The notes under the pieces were generated by a model. The model saw only the letters and a program-made list of their open reading frames with translations. It did not search any database and had not been told where the DNA came from. The position numbers were made by a program, and so were the translations under genes. From Octopus bimaculoides (lineage: Eukaryota): a stretch of DNA of 64,000 nt. Shown piece by piece: positions 1-13,075 of the stretch (positions are counted from its first letter, which is position 1; every line of letters begins with the position of its first letter). The DNA lies in contig NC_068984.1 of NCBI RefSeq assembly GCF_001194135.2, forward strand, positions 13,303,576-13,367,575. The letters are read 5' to 3'.

Positions 1-137
1 ATTCCACCGAAGTCAACTTTGCCTTTCTTTCATCCTTTCGGGGTCGATAAATTAAGTACCAGTTGCATACTGAGGGCGATCTAATCGACTAGCCCCTCCC
101 CCAAATTTTCGGGCTTTGTGCCTGGAGTAGAAAAGAA
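1..137 (+). mobile_element. SINE family B, 3' part (cut by the window start)
   Basis: Central domain CATCCTTTCGGGGTCGATAAATTAAGTACCAG. Confidence 0.85.
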
Positions 138-875
138 TATTTATTTTTCTGTTATTGGTATCAATATAATAAGTACCGGGCATGTTCTGGTATCGATTTA
201 TCATCTTCTTTCCATTCCAATATTCATTTAATTATAATTATGTATAATTCAATGTTAAATGCATTTAAATACCAGCCTTATCTTCCCCATGTATGAGGCT
301 ATTATGAACTCATACCACATTAATTCTGTGACTCCCATGGAATTTCAAAGATATACTCAGTTATGTCTCCATTGGACTTGGTTTCAATGTTTGGCAAATG
401 ACATTGCGGTTGGTGATACCAAAGTAAAGTAGAAAATTGAAACTCAGAATGGTAAATAAAAACAAAAGCAGGACCAAATATCCTTAGACACGCCAAAAGT
501 TCCAGAAATTCTGTACCGGTATTTCATTACTCAACCTCGAAAGGGGAGAAGGAAAAATTAATCATTGCGGGATTTGAACTCGAAGTGCAGACAACTGGAA
601 CCAAATTGGCAAGATAGTTAATCCAATGCGGCAATGATAATACCAGTTCAGCATAAATACGTGTCAAAAGCATAAAGATCGAAACCTTTTTATTTTGAAT
701 TTAGAATATACAAAAAGTAACATTGTTGAGTGAGATCAGAATTGGAGCCTTTGGTTCAAAAAAGGCCCCATTTTCGACTGAATACAGGAAGTTTGAACTA
801 GCAACTTAGGAATCGTAAGTTCTAATGTATTGTGTCTGTTTTATTTGTTTCGTAGCTAATGTTTTATATTTCCAG

Positions 876-931
876 ATTTTCTCTTTGATACAGTCAAATA
901 CTTACTACTTCGCCAACAAAACCCATCAAAA
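876..931 (+). CDS. Internal coding exon A (56 nt, phase 1 to 0) of an unidentified gene: (D)FLFDTVKYLLLRQQNPSK
   Basis: Branch-like CTAAT at 856-860, then gttttatatttccAG acceptor and AAA|GTAACT donor. The frame is open and joins in phase to exon B. Confidence 0.7.
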
Positions 932-1546
932 GTAACTATCAACATTTACTATACATTCTGTAACACTTATGTATTCATTGTACTGATCTTATTTTTTTTC
1001 TTTTCGTTTGTTCAGCTGCTAAATTTTTTCATCATTTTATTTACTTCTTTATTTGCCGCTTTTCCTCTCCGTCTCATTTGTGGGACTCTTTTTCATCAAA
1101 ATAGTTTTCTCTGAAGGTCACAAAAACCATCTTTCCTGAGAATCATAGATGTAACCCTTAAACACTGGCTTCCTTTAATCTACATAAAACACAACTCTAG
1201 ATTTCTTTAACCTACGTAAAAATAACTTTCTACCCTGTGGGGATAAAACGTCTATATCTTCTTACAAAATCTATTTATTTTGTTTACATGTTTTTTCTTC
1301 TTTTTTATCCTTCAATAATCTTATTCAACAAATTTATGGCTTCTCATAAAACCTTTTTATTCATTGCTTGGCGTTGCTCTTGCGAATTATAGTAGCTCTT
1401 TAAATCATCAAATATATTATGATTCCTCCCTGGCGCAGAAAGAAATGAAAAAGAATCTTGTATTACATTGCTGTAATAATCTTTTATACTCTACCTCTAC
1501 AAAATCGAAGAAGTCATTCAACTGAGAAATACGAACAACGCACACG

Positions 1547-1581
<35 letters not shown>

Positions 1582-2118
1582 TATTATTATTATTATAACC
1601 ACAATGATAATAATGATAACAACTACACTGATTTCTGTAAATTTGTATAAGACATTTAATATAAAAGAGCAAAATAACATTTTGAAAGCAATACAATAAA
1701 AAACAAAATAAAAAAGAATGCATTGTTTTCCCTTCTTTGCACTTCACTCTCCCAAACTACTTTTAACACAAAGCATTTTCGAAATTGGTGTCAACACGAA
1801 ACCATAAAACTTCCCTGAAAAATCCATATCATTTTAAAAACAAACAAACAAACAAAAAAGAGCAGGAGTGATCCCCGAAATATTACGATATTCATTAGAA
1901 GCAAAGGATTCCCTGAAGGTGCTTATTTTTCTTTTTCCGGAGAGAATGCTTCCGGAAAATATTAATCCGGGGATTTCTGGAATGGGATACAGCAGGAATG
2001 AGAAAAAGATGAGAGGCACTATCACGGGTATGTTAGGCGGAGCTTGTGCCATTCTAAATAATTCAAAAGAGACGTTGTTGTTGGAGAGGAAGAAAGAGAG
2101 AGATAGAGGGAGATAGAT

Positions 2119-2174
<56 letters not shown>

Positions 2175-2373
2175 GTCTAATGGATGCTGAGAATTGCCAA
2201 TCAACAAGATGACGTTCTGATGTATATGGTAACGTTTGCATTTGTAGTAGTAGGAAGAGGAGGAAAAACTACAGTGGTAATAGTAGCTGCAACAAAAATA
2301 TTAGTAATAGTAGCAGCCGAAATAGTAGTAATAGTAGTAGTAGTAGTAGCAGTAGCAGCAACAGCAGCAGCAA

Positions 2374-2565
2374 TATTGGCTTGAAATTTCGGCACAAAGC
2401 CAGAAGTTTTGAGGGAGAAGGAATTGATTACATTGACCGAAGTGCTCAACCGGTAACTTATTTTATCGACCTTGCGAGGATGAAAAGCAGAGCCGACTCC
2501 ATTTGAACTCAAAACATGAAGTCGGAAGAAATACCGCTAAGATAACGATTCTGCCACCTCACCGC
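2374..2565 (-). mobile_element. SINE family B, degenerate
   Basis: Reverse complement of the central domain plus a B-box-like GAGTTCAAAT. Confidence 0.75.
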
Positions 2566-2897
2566 TATAGCAACAACAGTGATAGCAATAGTTGGCTTTG
2601 TTGGTGTTGCTGTTGTTTCGGTGTTGGTGAAAACAGATTTAGGGCTGATCGAATTTCCTTAAAGCGGAGTTTAGTATTTGGGACACAGTTTTACAATGTT
2701 ATGAAACGCTGAGGCCGTCATGCATAAATGCTCATAAGAGATTATGAAACCAAAGACCGATAACAATTTTGATGGTATAATATGCATATTACCCCTGCCT
2801 AGAGAGGGTGTAGTGCTTTATATGTACATGGATTGAGTCTTGTACAGCTGAAGTTAAGCTATGTCCATGTTGGAACATCTTTGGAGATTTCTATACA

Positions 2898-3059
2898 GGA
2901 GTGGCTGTGTGGTAAGTAGCTTGCTTACCAACCACATAGTTCCGGATTCATTCCCACTGCGTGGCAACTTCGGCAAGTGTCTTCTACGATAGCCTCGGGC
3001 CGACCAAGGCCATGTGAGTGGATTTGGTAGACGGAAACTGCTGAAAGAAGCCCGTCGTA

Positions 3060-3100
<41 letters not shown>

Positions 3101-3350
3101 ATATATATATATATATGTATGTTTGTGTATATGTTTGTGTGTCTGTATTTGTCCCCCTAGCATTGCTTGACAACCGATGCTGGTGTGTTTATGTCCCCGT
3201 AACTTAGCGGTTCGGCAAAAGGGACCGATAGAATAAGTATCTGGCTTACAAAGAATAAGTCCCGGGGTCGATTTGCTCGACTAAAGGCGGTGCTCCAGCA
3301 TGGCCGCAGTGAAATTACTGAAACAAGTGAAAGTGTAAAAGAGAGTAAGG
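2898..3350 (+). mobile_element. SINE family A (tRNA-like head, internal dinucleotide microsatellite), full length
   Basis: Head GGAGTGGCTGTGTGGTAAG and tail GGCGGTGCTCCAGCATGGCCGCAGT..ACTGAAACAAGT. About ten copies in the window. Confidence 0.9.
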
Positions 3351-3439
3351 AGAGAGTACTCAGTACAAAAACTGGAGCGAGAGACAGAAGTTGCCTATAG
3401 TTGATGTTGTATACGAAACGTTAATGGTGTATGAAGAGT

Positions 3440-4150
3440 GCTGTGATCCATGTAGGAATATTACGTCGTTAGAAGACACCAAGGCACAGAAAGAAGATCG
3501 AAGGTGATGTGTGTGATACATTTAAACCACGAGTTAGTTCCGAATTGATAGAATGAGCATTCATAAGACGCATATCAACTCACTAGGAGTTGTTATTGTT
3601 TGATGCAGCTTACAGACAGGGAACATATTGTGTACTATTATGGCAGACACAATTAAATACTTTGTTCATGTCGAGGGCAACTGATATCACTTCTCGGTAA
3701 TTTTCAAAGGAGAGAAATTGCTGGTGAATAACAAAAGAGAAAGGAAATCCAAAGTATATGTTGCCTCACAGAATCTCTACTGGTTTCTAATAAGAAGGGA
3801 ACTGCAAAGAGATATCGTTGAAGGAGTAGTGTAAAATGTGTTTTTCATCCTTGAAATACTGGAACGAATAGAAGTAGCTGGTATTTGTAGAGGGCAAAGC
3901 TCTCAGGCAACTCAGTATACATTCATATCTTTGGTTTGTCCTGGTGGATTAACGCTTCGCAGTGGGTGATAGTAGACATTCTGCACCAAGTAAGATTTCT
4001 TGTTATGACAAGCAGAGTTATGTAATCCAAACAAACTACTTAGAGTTTGGAAGGTGTAGATTTAAGTTACATGAAGGGAATCTATGGAAATATCTTGGAA
4101 GAAGACAGTGCATTTGTTTGGCTGTCCATGTTCGAGGCGATAATGTCTTC
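3440..4150 (-). mobile_element. Decayed Jockey/CR1-group LINE reverse transcriptase
   Basis: Minus frames contain VISVALDMNKVFNCVCH (cf. VALDISKAFDRVWH), with many stops and frameshifts. Confidence 0.6.
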
Positions 4151-5223
4151 AGCAGAAAATAAGCTGCATGTGAGAATAAGCTGCATGTGAGTTATCATGT
4201 AGCCTAACGTTTTTGAAAACATGTGTACAACATGACGTAATACTGACAAAGAAAAATGTATATTTATTTATTTTTTGATTTACACACAGCCTCTGACATC
4301 AGAATGTCTTCCATATGTTACTTAGTATATTCATATCCAGTCTGACTTTACATTTATCTCATACATACATACATACATGCATAGATACATACATACATAC
4401 ATACATACATATGATTACGTTGATATATTTAACGTTGATACTTGTGAAAAGAATCAGCAACATTTTCTTTTATATATGTGAGATAGAATATGTATGCATA
4501 TAGCAGTAAATAAATATTCATGCATCTGTTTTGCAAGGCAAGGAGGCATTAATAAAATAAGGGCATTAAATGAATTTGTGAGAATAGGCATGTTGTTTGG
4601 ATGAATAACGTGTTAGATATCATTGCCATTTCTATGCCTTATAACGTTCCTCTTAACAAAATTATTAAACAAATATTGAATTTAATCAACTAAAGTGTAA
4701 TTCGTTGTGCGAGTTAATGTTTCTAGATAACTCAGTGAAAGACATTCAGGACTAAAAAACGAACTGAAAAGAAGGAAATGTCTTAAGTCGATGAAACGCA
4801 TGTATCGAATATGTATGGGTAATTGCTTTCTATATATTCATGCAAGTTCGATCTTACCCGAGAGCTTAGATGACTAACACTAACAAATGTATTGCGAAAG
4901 GCATGGGAGTATAAGAGAAAAGTTACGTAGCCTATACTGGTAAAGTGAATCATATAACACTTTATAAGATTGTATTGTTGGGGACCACATGGAAGCTATT
5001 GCCTTTATGTAGTAAGGGAGATAATCAATACAAAAATAATTTAAACTCGGTGAAGGTTTAGCTCTAAATATATTAAAAAAAAACACAATAATTTTGTAAT
5101 ACTTTGTAAAATATTACGCGGAATTGGGACTTCGAAAAAAAAGTATCAGCAATAGTTAGAGATTCATAAATGACATGTTGGCTATCGTTGATGCTTCTGC
5201 TAATCGCCACGCTCACTTTCCAG

Positions 5224-5245
5224 CTTGATCAGTTCCGGCATGGAG
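5224..5245 (+). CDS. Coding microexon B (22 nt, phase 0 to 1): LDQFRHG(V)
   Basis: ctgCTAATcgccacgctcactttccAG acceptor and GAG|GTAACA donor. In phase with exons A and C. Confidence 0.65.
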
Positions 5246-5529
5246 GTAACACAATACCTTACATCTATCTATCGCATAAGCTCATACGTGAACAACCTCA
5301 CCCAAGTAAAAGAAGAATACGAAAGTCACAAACGAGGCTGGTAGAACAACATAAAAAAATAACAGGGAAAACATGGTTGAAATCTTGAATCTGACTGAAG
5401 TGATGACTCAGTTTGCTAAATATAGAAACTAAATTTCACAAAACCTAAACGTTGTCGTTCTATATGAGAAAGGACCGTTATATAAAGCGGTTCTGAATAC
5501 AATTGAAATTTATAGGGGAAAAAAAATAC

Positions 5530-5700
5530 GAAGACAGGCGTATGAATAACAAGCAGATGTATTAGTTAGACGCTTGGGAATGTGAGAAAGTCTTTTATGT
5601 TTCGAACCTACGCTCTTGAACAGAAAGGAATAAGAGAAAATAAACAGAGCGAGAGAGAGAAAAAAAAAGACTTGTGGATTTAGCGATCAAGCATGGCGAC
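5530..5700 (-). mobile_element. Penelope-like terminal repeat fragment with a degenerate minimal hammerhead
   Basis: Minus strand CUGUUCA-A-GAGC-GUAG-GUUC-GAAAC-AUA (5596-5623). Same layout as the 24.7-kb motif. Confidence 0.4.
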
Positions 5701-6070
5701 TGAATATAAGCTGTTTAAAATAAAAGCCATAGCTTGGCAACATTTAATTATAAATCTTTACAATCAGAGCTACATTGGAACTAAATAAGAATAACAGAAA
5801 GAACTACTCCGACTTAACCAGCAGCAAACCAAAAAGGCATGAACGAACACTAAGACAATGACAACAACAATAGCAGTAAGGAATAGTTCATTTAATAGGA
5901 ACATCGCAGACATTCCTAAGAAAATAGGACCCTCAAGGGGTGGGGTGGAGCAATTTTGAAAAGAGGTGGTGCAACTGGAGCAAAAACACAACAGCATTAA
6001 CAACAACAACTAGGATAAACTCAGTGTCAGTCTATCAAACAGTTTCATTTTCTAGAACACACACACACAC

Positions 6071-6228
6071 GACGGTTTCACTTTCCGTCTACTAAATCTA
6101 CTCACAAGGCTTTGGCCGGCCTGAGGTTATAGTAGAAGACATTTGCTCAAGGTGTCACGCAGTGGGACTGAACCCAGAACCATATGGTTGGTAAGCAAGC
6201 TACTTACCACACAGCCACTCCTGCGCCT
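6071..6228 (-). mobile_element. SINE family A, 5' half
   Basis: Reverse complement of the 2898 head and body. Confidence 0.9.
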
Positions 6229-6309
6229 TAATAATAATCTATACACATGAGCGATATTAAAATATACAAGGTGTAAAGGTACTGAAGATTCAGTATACAA
6301 CTCTCTCTC

Positions 6310-6413
<104 letters not shown>

Positions 6414-6714
6414 TATACGCACATACACATCTACGTATCGAATTTTAAGAGGGAGAGAATTGCTGTTGATTACATTTTGCCTATTACTTGTTTGGTTGTT
6501 AATGGTTTATCTGTTTATTTATGGGATATATATTTGATAATTTATATCCGTTGCTAAATAAAACTGCCAATAATATAATTCATCAAGTGGAATATTGTTA
6601 AGAAGTAACCGAGATTTGTGTCAGTAAGCAGCAATATATTTCTTTCCATCTTTTGTTGTACTTAAGTGCATACATACATACATACATACATACATACATA
6701 CATACATACATACA

Positions 6715-7433
6715 AAACAATAAAATAAAATAAAATAAAAATCGAAAATTAACCTTCTCAACTCTATAAACAAAAACGAAAACGTGAATGATGTAAGAAC
6801 ACCACATGGTCTTGCAGCTAGCGCCATTCCAACAGATTCCATAGTATCTGCCAACCAAACAACTTTACTGGCTCAAGTAAAGACCACAGTCCCTCTACTA
6901 CGACTATGGTAAATAGCAGGTACAACCGCAACGATTATTGTAGTAGTAGTGGTAGTCAGAATTATATGCTAGTGAAATGTGTTCTTACTGAAATTTTCCG
7001 AGAAAAAATAACTTTGGCTTTGGAGGACTCTCTCGAGGAGAGAGTATTCTCTACCAAAGTAAGTAAAAAAACAAACTCACCAGATACGGTATTAAAAGCT
7101 GTTAACGAAATTGCCGATGAGTATTTACAGCAATGTGATGAATCTACATACTGGCAGATTAACACCTGTCTGTATGTTCTGAGAGCTGGAACTGTAAAAG
7201 TCTGTAAAACTCTCCAGAGGTTTATCCGTTAAATATATATGAGCGTGTCTAGATATGCAACTCTATGCATGAGTATACATACATGAAGCGTAAAAATCTG
7301 CACATACATACATACATACATACATACATACTATGTTGTTGGTGTTGAAATTCCAATGAAAGAGTCCTTGATCTAGATTAGAAACTGGTTCTTTATCTAT
7401 TGCCAAGGAATATTGAAATAAACTGAATAATGA
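6715..7433 (+). mobile_element. R4/Dong-clade non-LTR element, apparently internally deleted, flanked by (TACA)n
   Basis: A putative N-terminal segment (..YWQINTCLY) is fused to the C-terminal GTVKVCKT. The 3' UTR matches the 50426-50828 copy. TACA tracts lie on both sides. Confidence 0.65.
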
Positions 7434-7747
7434 CATACATACACATATACATACATACAAATATACATACATACAGCATATATGTTGACACCGATATATA
7501 CATACGTGTTTATATATACATGCGTACGTACATGCAATAATAGATACATATACATATCTATGTGCATTCGCAAGTACGCACATACGCGCATGGGTGTGTA
7601 TATACGCGACCTGATTTCCTTTGTAAACTCCTGGCCTTTTTGGAAAATACATTGACTACTTCACTTAAAGTTGAATCACACATTCTCTGCATCATTACAT
7701 TTCCACCCTATGTTGATGATTCACTTCTCACAATGATTGTTTTGCAG

Positions 7748-7775
7748 TTATAGAAGACGTCCTGGAACGAATGTT
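7748..7775 (+). CDS. Coding microexon C (28 nt, phase 1 to 2): (V)IEDVLERM(F)
   Basis: tgattgttttgcAG acceptor and GTT|GTAAGA donor. In phase with exons B and D. Caveat: it lies close to the left end of a Tigger remnant. Confidence 0.6.
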
Positions 7776-7789
7776 GTAAGAGCGATGTG

Positions 7790-10345
7790 CATTTGTCTTA
7801 CGAAATGCTTTGTTCCCTATCATCTATATCATTTAAAATTGCCATCTTTCAGCATGAACTTCAAAGGCCAAGAATAAGCGACAAAACTCGGTGTTTAAAC
7901 CTGAAGAATTCTGTCACTGAACTACGTTGCTTTGCTAAAAATACACGGATAAGAAGTGGTATGAATGAGCAACCACGTTGTCGTGGTGGAATTGCATTGC
8001 CAGTCACTTGGTGAACTTGTATGCTTCTTTCAACATTTGGCTCAGAAATCCATACCATGCTGTTTTAATTTTTCAGTAGTAGCTGTGAAGAAGCAGAATG
8101 CTGCAAATTTATATCAATTTTGGCGCATTTTCTCCCATCGTGCATTCGTCTACGTATTGATACGAGATGAATAGTGTTAATGAGATCAATATCACTGAAC
8201 TTTTCACGATTTGAGGCAATAATACTTGTACATTAGTACAAGTTCATCACTCTAGTTCATCAAGCCTTAATTCACGTCAAATGGTGCAAATCTCATTATT
8301 AAATGTGAACATTTGTTGGCTAATTCCTTGAAAATTATTCTTGCAGTGTAGCGAAAGTTCTTCTCTCAAAGCCCCCATATTTCTTGACGTCATTCGGTTC
8401 CATTATTCTCGAATGTTTTCAATTCCATTTTTAATACTGAATTTCATTCAGAATTCAATCAATAAAACTGGGTTATCCTTCACAGTAGCTTGTATATACT
8501 ATGACTATTAGCTTTGAACTTTGTAATTGCATCAATATTCATAGAATGCAAAATAGATAAGTTTTTTTCCTCTTCTTAAGGGTGAAGTACACAATCCCAA
8601 TTTTCACATTTTTTCCTAAGTCATACGTAGAAGGAGGGTGACCAAAAACCATGTCTAAAGGCTACAAAACTTTCAATGTAAGATTTTTGCACACAGCATT
8701 ATTTCCATTTGCTGCTAGACAGAAAAAATGACTTTAATCAAACTTGGGAAAAGGAACTCGTCCCAACACATTTCTTCTGAATTCTTTGAGTGCCAGATGA
8801 TTGAGCATATTTCTTGATTGTAGCCTTTCAGTGCCTTTGGATTTTAGGTACCGTTTATTATCATAAGTTTAAGGCTTAAATCACCATCAACATTTCCTCC
8901 AATTAAAATCGTGTTTCTGTTCCTTTAAGTTTTTTGACTGTATTTTCTTCTTCAACAGTATTTCCTTCTTTAACATTATTCTCTTCCTTAAAAACAGTTT
9001 TCTGAATATACTCTCATACATTAAAGCCGTCTCATCCACATAAAAAATCTGCCTGTCATTATGGCTGCCCTGTACTATAAACCTTTGAAATTTAATTTTA
9101 AATATTTCTGAAGCTCCTTTATCATTGTTGGGATATTCTCTTTGAATGCTTACACTTTGTTAAGCAAAATGCTTTCTGAAGCGTTCAAAGAATCCCGAAC
9201 TATCTATAATATTTTTCCACTTTTCCTTCATTAAATTCCCTCAAGGTAGAGAATCGATTCAAAGCCTTCCTTTGATGCTGTCATTATTCAATGGAATGCT
9301 GTTATGATCACAGACTTTAAGCCATATAAGTAACAAAAATATCATTATAATCAACTTCTCACTCTTAATTCCTGTTGAATTCATTGCTGGTGAAAATATG
9401 CCGTCCTTTTTCTTTACAATCTTTACCTTAATATCTTCGTTCCCAATGCAGCAAAGACCACCGACAACTTTTGTCCATTGTTCTCGAATTTGCGCTATCT
9501 CACTCCCAGGTCATACTGGTGTTGGTTTGTCCTATTGCTTCTGTAACTTTGTTTTTTTACTCGGTAGGTGTTGGCCGTATGCAGATCCATTTTTACCCTG
9601 GGAAGAGGAGGTCCATTTCCTTCGACCTGTTTAGCGTGGAATGCTCTACAGGAACATACGCTTATGCTCCACAGGTATACTTCTTAGGTCCATAGATTCA
9701 CACAAGCTACTACACCGTAACAAGAACTGAACACTTTGCTGGTTATAATCTTTAGAATATTTTAACGTAGTGCATACAATTGCTTCCTTCAATCTAAATG
9801 AAGAGACGGCATCTAGCAGACGACATCTAGCAGACGACATCTAGCAGACAACATCTAGCAGACGACATCTAGCAGACGACATCTAGCAGACGACATCTAG
9901 CAGACGACATCTAGCAGACGACATCTAGCAGACGACATCTAGAAGACGACATCTAGCTCTCTTGCGTTATTATCGAAACCTCGTATTTTCACGTTTCTTC
10001 ATTAAAGTGATAGTTTTACAAGGTTTTTTTTTTTACGATGCTGTCATTTTTAGTTTTATTTTTTCCACTTAACCATTTTTAACGAGGAAAATATTGAAAA
10101 TAAAAATAAAAAGTAAACTATATCACGTGGAGAATAACATGAAATAATGAGGGCATCTGCTTCCAGCTGCTGTCGTTACTATGATAACAGTATATACTCT
10201 CTATGACATGATATTTTTTTTTACTTACATAGGATTCTGTTGTGTGAAATTTAGATCGTTTTATATGGAGTTTAAATTGAATAAACTATAAATTAAAAAA
10301 AGCACGTAATCTAAACGGTGTCAAGTTAGATAGTACACACCCACT
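7790..10345 (-). mobile_element. Decayed Tigger/pogo DNA transposon
   Basis: Minus frames give KTITL, LKEAIVCTTLK (HTH), LLIWLKVCDHNSIPL (CENP-B-like), QIFYVDETAL, GGNVDGDL and PNVERS. A possible TA-CAGTG end lies near 10345. Boundaries are approximate. Confidence 0.8.
9808..9957. repeat. 14-bp tandem repeat (GACATCTAGCAGAC), ~10.7 copies
   Basis: Directly visible, with 3 single-base variants and no spacers. Confidence 0.97.
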
Positions 10346-10378
10346 GTATGTGTGTACGTGTGTGTGTATGTGTGTGTT

Positions 10379-10422
<44 letters not shown>

Positions 10423-10423
10423 A

Positions 10424-10458
<35 letters not shown>

Positions 10459-10767
10459 AATACGTATGCATATGCATATATAAATATATTTAGACACACA
10501 CATACACACGCGCGCGCGCACACGCACATATAAAACACAGATCACCTTTTGGTAGTAATACTGCGTTAGTTGTTAATAATTAATTTCTTAAAAGCCTGCT
10601 GGCTACTAGAGACATTGATGTGTAAAAAGACGCTCATATTCTATATATCGTGGCAATGAAATTTGACGGCCATCGGTGACCGGAGGCCTCTCAATTATGA
10701 TTTTCAGTAAAATGAAATCCCGTGATACGGGAGCTCCGGAGCCCATGATAGACGATTCTTGTGTACT

Positions 10768-10814
<47 letters not shown>

Positions 10815-10962
10815 GGTTTTACGCATCAAGCGGTTATATGGGAGTGTCTCTCGAGGCTGAGAATGCAGTATTCAGAGTTCTAACAAGACATCCACGTTCA
10901 TTTGGATATAAAGATCATCTTTTAGTAGTTGTACTGCTTCTGTCACTGATAATTAACATATC

Positions 10963-11121
10963 AGTGGCTGTGTGGTAGGAAGCTTGCTTCCTAACTACAT
11001 GGATCCGGGTTCAGTCTCTCTGCGTGGCACTTGGAGAAGGTTCCTTCTACTATAACCTTAAATCGACCAAAGGCTTGTGAATGGATTTGGTAGACGGAGA
11101 ACGAAATAAGCCCATTGCATG

Positions 11122-11159
<38 letters not shown>

Positions 11160-11390
11160 CACACACATATATATATATTATGTGTGTGTGTGTGTTTGTC
11201 CTTCCATCACCGCTTGACAACCAGTGTTGGTGTGTTTTCGTCCCCGTAACATAGCGGTTCGGTAAAAGAGATTGATAGAATAAGCCCTAGGCTGAAAAAC
11301 AAAACTTCCTGGGGTCGGTTCGTTCGACTAAGAGCCCTTCATAGCGGCGCTTAGCCTGGCTGCAGTCAAATGACTGAAGCAAGTAAAATA
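10963..11390 (+). mobile_element. SINE family A, near full length
   Basis: Collinear with 2898-3350, with internal (CA)/(TG) tracts. Confidence 0.9.
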
Positions 11391-11401
11391 ACATATATAT
11401 A

Positions 11402-11456
<55 letters not shown>

Positions 11457-11859
11457 ACACGAGAGAGAAAGCAGGCAGTGAAGAAGAATAGCTAGATAAT
11501 TATGTGGCGATAACGATATCAGCAAAGATTTGCTGAAACATGATCCAATCTCCTTTATGACGGAACAGAATGATAGTTTTCAGAGTCTGAGAGGACAACA
11601 TGCTATATGATACTATAATTTAACTGGCTTGAATAAGTAATATGTAGAGATGTATTTCAAATGTGTATAAAAAAGAAATGAAATAACAGGCAACAGATTA
11701 CAAGTAGTGGCACTACGAGAAAATGTCATACTGATTTTATTAGCAGAACCGCTATTGAAAATGGTTTACAGCCTGACTTTAAAATATTCTAGCGGTATGA
11801 CAAACATTCAGAGGTAAGCGCCATTTCAAATTACTGTTATGGTCGAATGTAGATTCCCA

Positions 11860-12345
11860 TTATATGCGTGATTTACTGCAAAATCCTAACTGACCGTAAT
11901 AGAGCAGCATTTTGGGCCTGCTCTGCCCTCATATCGATTCCAATTTCTCCGACATATTTCTCGAATCTGGTTTTTAGTGCTCCGAGTGCCCCTACGACTA
12001 CTGGGATAACAATTACTCTCCTCATTTCCCACATTCTTGCAACTTCATCTTTTAGACGTTTGTATTTCTTCATCTTTTCCAGTTCTTTGTCCTCTCTGCG
12101 TGCATCCCCAGGTAAGGCATGATCATCATCAAGATTTATTTATTTCTTTTATCTAGCACAGCAATGTCTTGTCTCCGAACATCGATTAAGGAGTCACATT
12201 TTATTGTAAAATCCCACAAGATCTTATATTCATGGTTTTCAGTGACGCCCTCTGATTTCCGTTTGTACCACTTCCGTGCTCTGTGCAGACCGTACTATTT
12301 CATAAAGTCTCCAGTGAGACTCTATCAAAATACTGTCCCTAGACC
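11860..12345 (-). mobile_element. R4/Dong-clade restriction-like endonuclease (RLE) 3' fragment
   Basis: Translates YGLHRARKWY..ENHEYKILWDFTIKCD..RRQDIAVLDK..KYKRLKDEVARMW..VIPVVVGALG..LLRSVRIL. Confidence 0.9.
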
Positions 12346-12349
12346 GATA

Positions 12350-12470
12350 ATTATCATTATTTTGCTTTGGCTCAGGTTCGGTCTTACTCCTGGTAGGAAT
12401 TATATGGATAGCAGGTTACTACCTGTAAGCTTAGGTATTCATAAGTTTTCAGCATAATAATCATAAGAGA
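12350..12470 (-). mobile_element. Short putative R4/Dong 3' end with a TAA-like tail
   Basis: Reads ..LLSI* followed by a short UTR and AAAATAATGATAAT, in the same orientation as its neighbours. Confidence 0.35.
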
Positions 12471-12510
12471 TAAACTTTCTGTAGGAGCTCTATTATTATT
12501 ATTATTATTT

Positions 12511-12841
12511 TATGTTTGACTTTTGTTTTGCATTTGTACAAGTTGGATCCAAGTCTCACCCAGAGACCTCAAGAGACAAGTTAGAAGTTCATGTAGGTGT
12601 TATGCCTAGGGTACCATATATTTGGATTTGTACAGTTTTGTTCAAGTGAATGTTTAAGAAACCATAAGAAAATTATGTGTTTGCTTTAAAATTTGAGATC
12701 ACATAGACAGTATTTTACGTAGGATATGGGCAGTTCCCATGAGCACTATCTTTTGAACTTCAGCCATTTTGGGGTTTCCTGGTATCTGAGCTAGGTAGTA
12801 ATCAGCCCGTTTCGCTGTCATTCCCAGGGCACCTATGACAC
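12511..12841 (-). mobile_element. 5'-truncated R4/Dong element flanked on both sides by (TAA)n
   Basis: Translates VIGALGM..IPGNPKMAEVQKIVLMGTAHILRKILSM*, then a 3' UTR. (TTA)n lies at 12491-12508 and 12842-12880. Confidence 0.9.
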
Positions 12842-12880
<39 letters not shown>

Positions 12881-13075
12881 GTNNNNNNNNNNNNNNNNNN
12901 NNNNNNNNNNNNNNNNNNNNNNNNNNNNNNNNNNNNNNNNNNNNNNNNNNNNNNNNNNNNNNNNNNNNNNNNNNNNNNNNNNNNNNNNNNNNNNNNNNNN
13001 NNNNNNNNNNNNNNNNNNNNNNNNNNNNNNNNNNNNNNNNNNNNNNNNNNNNNNNNNNNNNNNNNNNNNNNNNNT

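Noticed and set aside
1834-2241. Minus ORF with MAQAPPNIPVIVPLIFFSFLL, resembling a signal peptide
   Set aside because: Its length comes from a (CT)n tract. It has no splice support and lies antisense within the putative intron.
9808-9957. CRISPR-like reading of this array or of the 62-kb array
   Set aside because: There are no unique spacers, and the context is eukaryotic.
10650-10770. CpG-rich patch with ttttcAG and the frame KMKSRDTGAPEPMIDDS
   Set aside because: There is no credible donor before the (AT)n run, and I recognise no family.
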